This document shows positions 55,621-64,000 of a stretch of DNA of 64,000 nucleotides, piece after piece. The DNA is taken from IMG/VR virus record IMGVR_UViG_3300025141_000059; one strand, 5' to 3'. Origin of the DNA: an uncultured virus (IMG/VR IMGVR_UViG_3300025141_000059). Lineage: Duplodnaviria > Heunggongvirae > Uroviricota > Caudoviricetes. The notes beneath the pieces are model-generated. The model was not told where the DNA came from. It did not search any database and saw only the letters and a list, made by a program, of their open reading frames with translations. Both the position numbers and the translations under genes were made by a program. Each line of letters begins with the position of its first letter. The stretch's first letter is position 1.

Positions 55621-57111
55621 TTACCTTGCTCCGGAAGAATGCCTGTCTACTACAATACCCCTTGCAGCGATGGTTGCTGTACCAGAATCCATGGACAAAA
55701 AGATCTGTCCGGCGTTGGCCACAAAGGTGTTCAAAGTAAAAAATGATATTGTGATGCTTTCATTGAACGGTGGTGTTTTGGTAATAGATACCACTGCATC
55801 TGCTATAACAGTACTTGGTGCTACTCCACCCCCTATGTCCAATTGAACAAATATAGCTCCCGCACCCCCACCTTTAGCTGTAACCTCAAGATCTATCCGC
55901 ATTGAATAAGAGTCTCCTACGGAGATCGGCGTGATCTCATCGTTTACTGTGTCCCAGAGCTCACCTGTACCCAATATTGAGGCCGGGAGATATCCTGATT
56001 CTGAATTAGCCCCTGCACCATCTATCAATAGTTTGGCCGGAACCGTAGTAAGTGCTTGAGTTGCAGGAGTTGTTTCTCCGTCCTGATAGTATCCCCATCC
56101 TGCAGGTTCGATCCTGTCAGAGACATCTATCCCTGCACATGAAGCATCCACTGCCCATTCCTCATCCAGGTTGGAATATCCGGATGTTACGGAACCCGCA
56201 CCAGAAAAGACACTTGAAGAGATGATTCCTATCATCCCCACGTTTAAGTTTGCACCATTGGCCGCAACTGCCAGTCCGGTTCCTCCTGCGACAGTTACAA
56301 AGCTACATCCCAGTATACGTACGAGATTAAAAGTTGCAACTCCGAGCCCCACACTCGTAGGAGTTCCAGCTGTTTGAGAGAATTCTGTATCTATCAGGAT
56401 CAAGGATCCATTGGACCCTGTAAAGGACAGTCCTGCGGAAAACCCTACAAACAGTCCGATGTTACATTCAAATAGATCGTATTGATCCACCGTTCCGAGC
56501 CCTCCTGCACCAAAGAAGCGAACCCCTGTCATAAGACAGGTCTCAGAACCAGAACCTTGAAGATCAAAAATGACGCCTGCGCTTGCCTGAAACCCTGCTT
56601 CTACGATCCTAAAGTCGGCTGTTGCAGTGATCAAGGCTCCTGCAGTTGTAGAGGTCACGTAATCAAGAGTTGGGGATTTTCCACGGACCGTGGTGTTTAT
56701 CCCCATTACCAGGCGGTCACTTCCTATGCTGATGGCTCCGTGTATTACATATATGGTATTATCTGCTAAGGTTCTTACTCCAGCGACAGCGGCTGGAAAG
56801 TCAGTGGCGCTGTAGACATTTACGATATTTCCTGCCTCATCAACCTCTACTATATACCCGTTCACCTGAGTAACCAGGTCATACAGGGAGGTGGAGGTCG
56901 GAAGTGATATTTGAGAATCCCATCTTGCGTTCACAGCAGACGATTCCTCATCCCCCTCATAGTAAACCCTGATAAAACCTGAGGCCCCTCTTACGAGAAG
57001 TTTTGTTCCATCTGCCCTCACCTTATCGTAATAGGTTACATCCTTATCAAGTTCGGTGGAGATCAATAGTTGTGTAGGCGTATTCTCTATGCTAAATACT
57101 TGATCTGCCAT
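55621..57111 (-). CDS. Tail fibre/spike protein (Gly-rich, beta-helix-like)
   Basis: G/A/S/T-rich repetitive beta pattern, located in the tail module. Confidence 0.7.
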   Translation of the reverse strand: MADQVFSIENTPTQLLISTELDKDVTYYDKVRADGTKLLVRGASGFIRVYYEGDEESSAVNARWDSQISLPTSTSLYDLVTQVNGYIVEVDEAGNIVNVYSATDFPAAVAGVRTLADNTIYVIHGAISIGSDRLVMGINTTVRGKSPTLDYVTSTTAGALITATADFRIVEAGFQASAGVIFDLQGSGSETCLMTGVRFFGAGGLGTVDQYDLFECNIGLFVGFSAGLSFTGSNGSLILIDTEFSQTAGTPTSVGLGVATFNLVRILGCSFVTVAGGTGLAVAANGANLNVGMIGIISSSVFSGAGSVTSGYSNLDEEWAVDASCAGIDVSDRIEPAGWGYYQDGETTPATQALTTVPAKLLIDGAGANSESGYLPASILGTGELWDTVNDEITPISVGDSYSMRIDLEVTAKGGGAGAIFVQLDIGGGVAPSTVIADAVVSITKTPPFNESITISFFTLNTFVANAGQIFLSMDSGTATIAARGIVVDRHSSGAR

Positions 57112-58271
57112 TATCTAAATATTTTAACATTCCATCCTTCAAATGTTATCTCATTTGGATTCCCTACACCATTCTGCGCGGTAAATACAAGTGTATTGGA
57201 CACGTTCCAGGTTATAGGGTGTTTACTTGAGCGTCTTTCTGGAGCGATCCCATCGAAGTCCATACTTCCTTTACACAATGATCCTCCAGGGCCTGTACGT
57301 ACAACCTTCATTTTCATTGCAAATTCAAGGTTATTCGGATTCGTCGTCACGGTATTGTTGATAACAGCTGTACCTCCTATGTAAAGTTTGACATCTTTTG
57401 CATTCGCATTATTGGCTACAAATCCCCAGGCTTCAACTTCAATAGCGTCTCCATCGGCCGCCAGTGTGTCCGCAGGGATCGTATAGGCCGCGAGAGTATT
57501 CTCTGCCGTGTCCGCATTATTGGCTACTTGAGAGTACTTGGAATCAAGCCTGGTAAGAGCCACCAATGTATCTACTGGTACAACTTTACTTCCAGTGATC
57601 TTGGATCCGGCCATGGATGTGATCTGCGCATCAAGGATCGTTCCCGTCAATTTTGTCGTTGCTAAAGAAGTGATCTGCGCATTTGAGATCAACCCAGTGA
57701 TGTTCGGGAACGCCACTACAAAGTCCAGAGAGTTCGGACCTGTTGTTATGGTCACGGATCCGTCAGCTGATGCAGGAACTGCCGCTGCTGGTCCCGCCGC
57801 ACTACCGATAGGTATCTGTCCATTCGTTGTCAAGGCCAAGGAAGCTACAGTATCGAGAGCTGATGTGTACAGCAAGGACCCGGTAGGAATAGTGGCCAGA
57901 TCGGTTCCACCGTTTGCAACTGGGAGAACTGTTGCTCCAACATCTGCTGCAAGGTTGACAGTGCTCAGAAACAGTGAGGCAGCGTTATTACACGCGCTCA
58001 GATCTATACCTGTAGGTAGAACAGTGAATTCCAGGGCCCCACCAATATTTGTCATGATGGTAAGCATGCCTGCAGTTGCTGATGTCAGCGCTTTCAGGTT
58101 GATCTGGTTCTTATTCGTTATCGCAGTGTACGGGGCTTCTCCGACCCCGACTGTTGATATTGCCGGGAATAGGCTCTGCAACTGTATCCTTTTATGTCCG
58201 ACAACAGGAATGTAGTGCGAGGCATCGACATTCAGTTTTGTAAGTATATCCCAAGTTGCTATTTCAGACAT
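57111..58271 (-). CDS. Tail fibre-like protein
   Basis: VLPVANGGT, LTTNGQIPIG and repeated ITS...K.TG fibre motifs. Confidence 0.7.
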   Translation of the reverse strand: MSEIATWDILTKLNVDASHYIPVVGHKRIQLQSLFPAISTVGVGEAPYTAITNKNQINLKALTSATAGMLTIMTNIGGALEFTVLPTGIDLSACNNAASLFLSTVNLAADVGATVLPVANGGTDLATIPTGSLLYTSALDTVASLALTTNGQIPIGSAAGPAAAVPASADGSVTITTGPNSLDFVVAFPNITGLISNAQITSLATTKLTGTILDAQITSMAGSKITGSKVVPVDTLVALTRLDSKYSQVANNADTAENTLAAYTIPADTLAADGDAIEVEAWGFVANNANAKDVKLYIGGTAVINNTVTTNPNNLEFAMKMKVVRTGPGGSLCKGSMDFDGIAPERRSSKHPITWNVSNTLVFTAQNGVGNPNEITFEGWNVKIFR

Positions 58272-58282
58272 CGTTGTTTTCT

Positions 58283-61200
58283 TTAAAATATAAGTTCGTC
58301 TCCATCCATTACAAGCGGATCTCCTTCAGAGGTTGCTGGCCCTTCGCCAGGCTCAATCGGTGCCTCAGGCAGTGTAGGCACTCCTGGAAGTCCGCAATCT
58401 TCACAGTGCTCTTTCAGGTATGCAAGATACACATCCAATCTGTTCGTTGTATCTGATGGGATCACCGGTTCTACACATATAGCCCAATGGTCCTCACTTC
58501 CTAGCTCTTCAGGATCCATTCCTGAGATCGGTTGTCCATTATGAATATATACGTAGAAAAGTTGACTTGGCCCATATTGAACCACGTCGCCCCACTGATA
58601 AGCTGTTCCTACATCCCACACTAACTCACTTCCAGTAGGTCCTCCTTCAGTCCATCTTTCATTACATGATGCTGGATTGTATTCTCCTGTGATACTATCA
58701 GCGCAGTTGTATATGCATTCCAGTCCGTTCTGTGAGAGCAGATAATGGATCAGGTGCACGAGTATGAATGTGCTGGCCTTGCAGTCGGTGAGTCTTCCGG
58801 TCCTGAGAAGGTTGAAATACGTGGTGCCCATGGTACTGAGACACAGTTCTGTGGCATCCATCACCTGCTCCACATCGGATGGTCTGCAGGGCAGTATCTC
58901 AAGTTGATATTCACAGGGTCCTCCTGTTGTGACCGCTCCCTCGGAACCATTCGTTCCTTCCAAAGCTATGTCAACATTGGCGGCCGGTGCGAAATTGGTC
59001 GCATGCGGGTCCATGCATCCATAGATGATGGGTACCAGGCTGAGTATGTAGTTTTCAGAGCAGCCCGCTCCTGTCACTACGGTCACAAGCCAGATGTCCG
59101 TAACATTCACGTCAGAGCCCACAGGGCTGTTCTCGATGGTCTCCTGGGTCTCCAGGGTCAGATTGTACCAGATCACGGAATAATCGAGCGGTACGTTCGC
59201 AAATACGATCGTAGGTGTTAAGCCTACTACATTTATGGTATCTATGATGGGCTCAGTGCACGGATACACGCATTCCTCTCCGGGTATGGTAGCATTCGGA
59301 TCGTAGTTCCCTGCAAGGGGATCCATACATCCTGAAATGGCATAGTAACAGTCCCCAGGCACGTGGTTGGTGACGTTAACATCGTAGTTCGTGGCCGAAG
59401 AATCTCCGCATCCGAAAACCGGATATGCACAGGATCCATCAGGAACGGTCGCAGCAGGGTTGTAGTTCAAGGCCTCTGTCTCCATACATCCAGATATGGA
59501 GGGTGGGGGTGGGGGAGGCGGTCCAATACAGTTCAGGTCTGCAGCTGTCACTGTCTGGATACTTGTGGAGGTCTCACAGACGGAGTCTCTGAAGTTGACT
59601 ATGACCTCCAGTACGTCACCCTCAGCAACATTGATAGGTGGAGATACCGGTAACCCGTTCACCATATATGTCAAGGTGAAAGGTTCCCCGTCAGTTTCCG
59701 CGAAGGCGCTTACCAGACCCGTGCAGGCGTCGATGGCAACATCTATCGCTGCAGTACACGGTAATGGTGCAGGTAGTGGTTCCCCGACAAAGAAATAATA
59801 GATGCTGTTACAATTCGCTCCTTGGAGCTGTGCGTTGACCGCGTACCAACCTGTAGGAAGGCCTGTCCAGGCATAGGCAGGATACGCCACACCGAGCTGG
59901 CTGTTGACCAGAGTTCCCAAGACCTCTCCGTTACCTACAGTGTTGTAGATGAAGAGGTCGAATACTCCCCCGTCAAAGACCAGCGGGTCTATTGCAGGAT
60001 TGGGCTGTGCGTTGAAATTGATCACACCATCAGAGGCTCCTATTGTGAGCGTGTTCTCTATCAGTGTATTCACGTCCAGTATAAGGTTCGGTCCAGGACT
60101 GTCAGCTATCCACAACTGGTTTTGGCTGCAATACACACAGCATGCTGCGCAAGGTTCTCCAGCTGCAGCAAAGAAGTTCAGTGCGGTAGGGTCGTCACAG
60201 TACTGACGCCCACCTCCGCCCGCAGACTTGGAAGCGCTCCGCTCTATGATAACGGCTGTAAGTGTTGCAGTAATACCTGACTGCACATTCTCTGCAGTGA
60301 TGGTGTAGACACCAGGTCCCGGTGCCAGGCCTGTGAATGTGTGAGTATCTGAGTTTACCGGTCCTATGCTCACCTGCGCACCCAGTCCCGGCGGCGGCGT
60401 CATAGTGTAGTTGTATGTGTAAGTGTTCAGTGCTGGGTATACCGGATACTTTTCCGCCTCGTACGCATCCTTATCTGCAAGAGACTCCCTGGCCGGGGAT
60501 CCAGGCACTTCAGTAATGGTGACCTTGATCTCTCCTGTTCCTTGAACTGGTGCATCTGTGATAGATATCTTAGGACCGAAATGTCTGTAATTGGTCACAC
60601 AGTCACATCCCTCTTTGAATATTGAGGGAATTGCCCCTGAGAGGTTCCCGGCCGGAATAGCGACGCCATTACAATCAAGGCCTGTTGTCCTGTAGTAGTC
60701 GGCATGCCCCTCTGCTTTACATACAGAGAACTCCTGTGCCTGTTTGAAATCCTCTTCCGGCAGATCCTTTGACCATATCAAGGTGAACGATGTCTGGAGA
60801 TCTGTTCCAGAGAGTGCGTCCACCCACATTTCCTGTGCTGAGTCATAATCCCCACCTACAGTGGAAACGATGTACATTGCCTGTTCCTCCGGTCTTGGAT
60901 CAACAGTAGGCAGATGTCCGAGACTGGAAACATCAAGTGTTATTCCGTCACTCTTATATACTCCCTCAAATCCGAACTTGCCTGATGGATCCGATTGGGC
61001 CATGAGAGCCTGGTTGGTCCTTCCTGTATATTTTCCTATTGTCCCTTTAGCATGTGTTACGTATGAATATTCCCCATCCCTTCCTGTAAGAGATATTCCT
61101 CCGATAATTCCGAGGTCTGCAATCCCCTGAGATCTGCCTGGGATGAACAGCGTGAAGAACTCCTGTTCTCCGTTTTCGAATATTACAGTATAATTTCGAG

Positions 61201-61402
61201 TACCACCATCATCTTCAAGATCGCTGTAATAAAGCACTTGAATACCGTCCCATCTATAATCGATGTCGGTCGGCTCACTAGTATGATCTATGATCCTGGC
61301 TATCTTAAGACATTCACCCTCCCTCGGAGTGGCGAATGACACGACCACCGATCCAACGTCTGTTGATGTCGCTGTGGCAAGTATGAACTTTGGAGCTCCC
61401 AT
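58283..61402 (-). CDS. Large structural protein with GCxDxxAxNY Cys repeats and a putative small carbohydrate-binding module
   Basis: Five GC(M)D..A.N(Y/F) repeats, a polyproline linker and WDVGTAYQWGDVVQY...W. Confidence 0.75.
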   Translation of the reverse strand: MGAPKFILATATSTDVGSVVVSFATPREGECLKIARIIDHTSEPTDIDYRWDGIQVLYYSDLEDDGGTRNYTVIFENGEQEFFTLFIPGRSQGIADLGIIGGISLTGRDGEYSYVTHAKGTIGKYTGRTNQALMAQSDPSGKFGFEGVYKSDGITLDVSSLGHLPTVDPRPEEQAMYIVSTVGGDYDSAQEMWVDALSGTDLQTSFTLIWSKDLPEEDFKQAQEFSVCKAEGHADYYRTTGLDCNGVAIPAGNLSGAIPSIFKEGCDCVTNYRHFGPKISITDAPVQGTGEIKVTITEVPGSPARESLADKDAYEAEKYPVYPALNTYTYNYTMTPPPGLGAQVSIGPVNSDTHTFTGLAPGPGVYTITAENVQSGITATLTAVIIERSASKSAGGGGRQYCDDPTALNFFAAAGEPCAACCVYCSQNQLWIADSPGPNLILDVNTLIENTLTIGASDGVINFNAQPNPAIDPLVFDGGVFDLFIYNTVGNGEVLGTLVNSQLGVAYPAYAWTGLPTGWYAVNAQLQGANCNSIYYFFVGEPLPAPLPCTAAIDVAIDACTGLVSAFAETDGEPFTLTYMVNGLPVSPPINVAEGDVLEVIVNFRDSVCETSTSIQTVTAADLNCIGPPPPPPPSISGCMETEALNYNPAATVPDGSCAYPVFGCGDSSATNYDVNVTNHVPGDCYYAISGCMDPLAGNYDPNATIPGEECVYPCTEPIIDTINVVGLTPTIVFANVPLDYSVIWYNLTLETQETIENSPVGSDVNVTDIWLVTVVTGAGCSENYILSLVPIIYGCMDPHATNFAPAANVDIALEGTNGSEGAVTTGGPCEYQLEILPCRPSDVEQVMDATELCLSTMGTTYFNLLRTGRLTDCKASTFILVHLIHYLLSQNGLECIYNCADSITGEYNPASCNERWTEGGPTGSELVWDVGTAYQWGDVVQYGPSQLFYVYIHNGQPISGMDPEELGSEDHWAICVEPVIPSDTTNRLDVYLAYLKEHCEDCGLPGVPTLPEAPIEPGEGPATSEGDPLVMDGDELIF

Positions 61403-61899
61403 TAGCAATTACATCCGCAGTCATCAGAGCAAAGTTCCTGTGCTTTTCTATACTTGTTATTGACACTTTCGAAGATACCTGTATTGGCTGCAGGATCCCC
61501 ACCTATCTGGGTGAGGTCTGATTCTATTCCTACGATAAGAAGATGGACCCGTTGAGAGGTGATCAATGCATCGTTGCATTTCACACATCTGCAATCACAT
61601 CCCAGCAGCTTATCTACCTTCTTGGCAATGCAGCAATTCAGATCGCACTTACCGAATGCACCAGCATAGGCCCTCTCCTGAAGTGCGTCTACTCCTTCTA
61701 TCTCAAAGATGCCGTTGTTAGGCAGAGGTGTGCTGTTCAGGTATACTACCTGGTTGTAGACACCATTGCCGATAGGCAAGGTCATATTGACTGTATGCGA
61801 GACCCCATTGTGTATCGTGATCGTAGCGGGCCCTTGAGCCCCTGACACAGATAAACTCAGGTATCGACAGTCTCCACTAATTGTTGCGGTTATATTCAT
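61402..61899 (-). CDS. Cys-rich putative structural protein
   Basis: CC..CDCRC..C...C..CGCNC; TAATG coupling. Confidence 0.75.
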   Translation of the reverse strand: MNITATISGDCRYLSLSVSGAQGPATITIHNGVSHTVNMTLPIGNGVYNQVVYLNSTPLPNNGIFEIEGVDALQERAYAGAFGKCDLNCCIAKKVDKLLGCDCRCVKCNDALITSQRVHLLIVGIESDLTQIGGDPAANTGIFESVNNKYRKAQELCSDDCGCNC

Positions 61900-61919
61900 A
61901 CCAAGTGATCTTAAAGAAC

Positions 61920-61955
61920 GAAGCCAGGGGGAGAAATATATCCCCCTCTGGCTTC
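61920..61955 (-). terminator. Hairpin / terminator after the 61982 gene
   Basis: GAAGCCAGGGGGA...TCCCCCTCTGGCTTC inverted repeat. Confidence 0.55.
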
Positions 61956-61981
61956 CCCTGATTTATAGTCGTAGTGCTCTC

Positions 61982-62953
61982 TTACAGGTTCACTACACCG
62001 AAAGCGCCTGGGCATGATGTCATCCAAGGATTGATGACCGCTTCGAAAGCGGCCTGTCCGGCTCCACCATCTGCATATGCGATACTGATCTCACGAATGT
62101 TATCTACTCCATGAATACTTCCAGGGGTTGAGTTCTGAACACGTACAGTGTACACATCATAGGTACCAGGAGTAGCTACATCGATGTAAGACACCGGAGT
62201 GTTCGGCTGTTGAACACGGTTGTAGAAACTCTTATCGCCTTTCAGCTGATTCTCATACTGAGCAAGAACCTCTGCATCTCCGTAGCCTAAGCTTGGAGCG
62301 GCAACTGCTGTAATGGTGACATCTGCTCCGTTGGTACCATCGATACCTTCAGTAGCTGTTCGGAAAGATCCAAGTTCTGTTCCTAAGGTCAAACTAAAAG
62401 TAGAACCTGTGAATGTCAAAGTTCCAGCACCATCATCCTGAACTACCGCCCAGGTGATTCCTATAATAGGGAAATCTGTTAAAGGGTTGGCTACAATATT
62501 TGCAACTGTTTCTCCTGTCAGCAATGCCATCAAGTTCTGTGCCTGTAATGTTGGGACCAGTCCTGCAACTGCATTGTGAGTTGCACTCTTTCGAGGAAAC
62601 TGTGCCTGTCCTCCATTAGAACTGATCAGTTTCAATGTCAACTCTCCATCAGCAACGACAGGACCACCTACAGTGAAATCCACTGTAGTAGACTGAGCGG
62701 TTTGAGCTACGTAGTTGTTTCCTGCCCATCCGATGACATCCTTACCATTGATCCAAGGCGAGTAGATATTCCCTTCGGCATTGGTTCCCATTACGAATCG
62801 GATGCTTGGCGAATCTGCGATAGTTTGAGGAGCAACCAATGGGGATAGCGCGATCACGCCGTCTGGTTCTCTAATAACTCCCAGGGCTCCTGCCGCTACC
62901 ACGCTGTTCGGAGCCGCGTATGCTGTACCATCACTTACTAATAGTTGTCTCAT
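61982..62953 (-). CDS. Putative auxiliary capsid protein
   Basis: 323 aa and A/G/T/V-rich. Has its own upstream promoter box and downstream hairpin, and follows a ring gene as in crAss-like gene order. Confidence 0.6.
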   Translation of the reverse strand: MRQLLVSDGTAYAAPNSVVAAGALGVIREPDGVIALSPLVAPQTIADSPSIRFVMGTNAEGNIYSPWINGKDVIGWAGNNYVAQTAQSTTVDFTVGGPVVADGELTLKLISSNGGQAQFPRKSATHNAVAGLVPTLQAQNLMALLTGETVANIVANPLTDFPIIGITWAVVQDDGAGTLTFTGSTFSLTLGTELGSFRTATEGIDGTNGADVTITAVAAPSLGYGDAEVLAQYENQLKGDKSFYNRVQQPNTPVSYIDVATPGTYDVYTVRVQNSTPGSIHGVDNIREISIAYADGGAGQAAFEAVINPWMTSCPGAFGVVNL

Positions 62954-62983
62954 GACTTTGATTTATTGTTGAGAGATTTATGG

Positions 62984-64000
62984 TTACTCTCGGTTAAACA
63001 ATTCACCTTGCTGTGTCTTGTAGCGAGGATCTGTGATTTCTTCTAAGATACTGGATGCTGCCATTGCTACTATCTCTTCGTGAGTATGTTCAGGCAGATC
63101 GCAGTCATACCCCAAAGATAGGGAAACAACTTGCGGTCGTCTCAGGTAAGTGATTTTTACCTTCTCTATTATGAATATAGCATTTGTATATACGTCGATG
63201 TAGCCTTCTCTGACCGTTGTAAGGGGTTCTTCGTGTGATGTCGTGTTGAACGGGTCATCCAGGAGTTTGAAGATGTCATCCTGTTGAGAGAACCTGTTAA
63301 GTACCGTGTCCTTCTGAGGATCTGAGATATCCGGGACCCTAGTAATGAGATTGCTCCTGTCCTCGAGCCTCGGAAAGGTGTCGGTGACAGGATCGTTCAA
63401 TGCATCGTATCCTACAAGAGGAGTAAGTGGGTTGCCACTCGAGGCATCCCAGTTGTACCAGGAATGCATCGATGTGTCAACCACTACGATGAATTGGTTA
63501 GGAAAGTTCAAGTTCGCGTAAGATTGCCAATGAATACTGAACCCCGCTTCAGGGTTTTCCGTGATGTCTTCGATCACCTGCTGCGTGTATTGTGGATATC
63601 CAGCAACGGTATACCCTGCAGCAAGCAGTTCTTGACTTGGCGTCCACACAAGCTCGTTAATAGTTGGGGTGGGAACAACACCGTCATGCATTCTCAGTTC
63701 TGACACGAACTCATTGCCGTTGACAACAAGGTCCTCAAATCTGAAAACAAAGTAGGCTATGTTCGATTGTTGGCTCTCGATATACCCGAGGTCTCTGCAA
63801 TTATCCAACCAAATGGAAGATCGCTGATTCACCAGGTACATGTAATTGGAAGGGAAAGCAAACGTATCCACCCAGACTTTACCGGGCCGTAAGATCTCTT
63901 TGAAGAACACCTCATCCTCATACTCTACAAGCAGGGAGCGGAGGTCATCTATACGTTTCTGGCTCTGTTCGAACCCTTCGTTGTAGATGTTGTTCTTTCC
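62984..64000 (-). CDS. Tail ring / head-tail connector protein, N-terminus outside the window
   Basis: Open to 64000. GFEQSQKRIDDLRSL and CDLPEHTHEEIV motifs of a conserved crAss-like structural gene. Confidence 0.8.
   Translation of the reverse strand, partial: GKNNIYNEGFEQSQKRIDDLRSLLVEYEDEVFFKEILRPGKVWVDTFAFPSNYMYLVNQRSSIWLDNCRDLGYIESQQSNIAYFVFRFEDLVVNGNEFVSELRMHDGVVPTPTINELVWTPSQELLAAGYTVAGYPQYTQQVIEDITENPEAGFSIHWQSYANLNFPNQFIVVVDTSMHSWYNWDASSGNPLTPLVGYDALNDPVTDTFPRLEDRSNLITRVPDISDPQKDTVLNRFSQQDDIFKLLDDPFNTTSHEEPLTTVREGYIDVYTNAIFIIEKVKITYLRRPQVVSLSLGYDCDLPEHTHEEIVAMAASSILEEITDPRYKTQQGELFNRE
63113..63120 (-). promoter_or_regulatory. Intragenic -7 box (TATCTTTG) possibly driving the 62953 gene
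   Basis: CAAAGATA on +, 160 nt upstream of the ATG at 62953. Confidence 0.35.

Noticed and set aside
24900..63800. Numerous + strand ORFs of 60-290 aa within the virion block, and - strand ORFs within 1300-24800
   Set aside because: They are antisense shadows of long, motif-bearing genes and have no leaders or recognisable motifs.
1..64000. Stop-codon reassignment (TAG or TGA), known in some crAss-like phages
   Set aside because: Very long ORFs are intact in the standard code, and TAA, TAG and TGA all end genes at sensible coupled junctions. The single TGA at 1750 is not enough evidence.
1..64000. tRNA genes and CRISPR arrays
   Set aside because: No cloverleaf with a proper T-loop was seen (GGTTCGA at 568 and 5081 lack tRNA context). 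Repeats occur only as pairs, with no regular spacers.

Overview
A 64-kb fragment of a crAss-like (Crassvirales) bacteriophage, probably infecting Bacteroidota. The host call rests on A-rich ribosome-binding regions without Shine-Dalgarno sequences and on TAnnTTTG promoter boxes. The genetic code is standard. The window has three parts. (i) Two leftward structural-type genes at 1-567. (ii) A rightward early/replication block at 1088-24809: many small ORFs, family A DNA polymerase, SF2 helicase, DnaB, AAA ATPase, SSB-like protein, primase, PD-(D/E)XK nuclease, rIIA/rIIB and a 5'-3' exonuclease. (iii) A convergent leftward virion block at 24806-64000: a ~4,540-aa virion RNA polymerase polyprotein (DFDID motif), other large cargo proteins, muzzle/tail stabilisation protein, ring proteins, an IHF-like protein and fibre proteins. 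The most striking feature is the region at ~600-5300. Its gaps between small ORFs are filled with heavily base-paired non-coding segments. These include a pistol-class ribozyme-like element (2308-2361), an H-type pseudoknot, multi-way junctions with GNRA tetraloops, and a ~300-nt antisense-strand RNA with its own promoter box, interspersed with short direct repeats that flank gene cassettes. An in-frame AT-rich cassette flanked by 22-nt direct repeats also sits inside the RNAP polyprotein gene. All protein family calls are motif-based from memory, and all RNA structures were paired by eye. No searches or folding computations were run.
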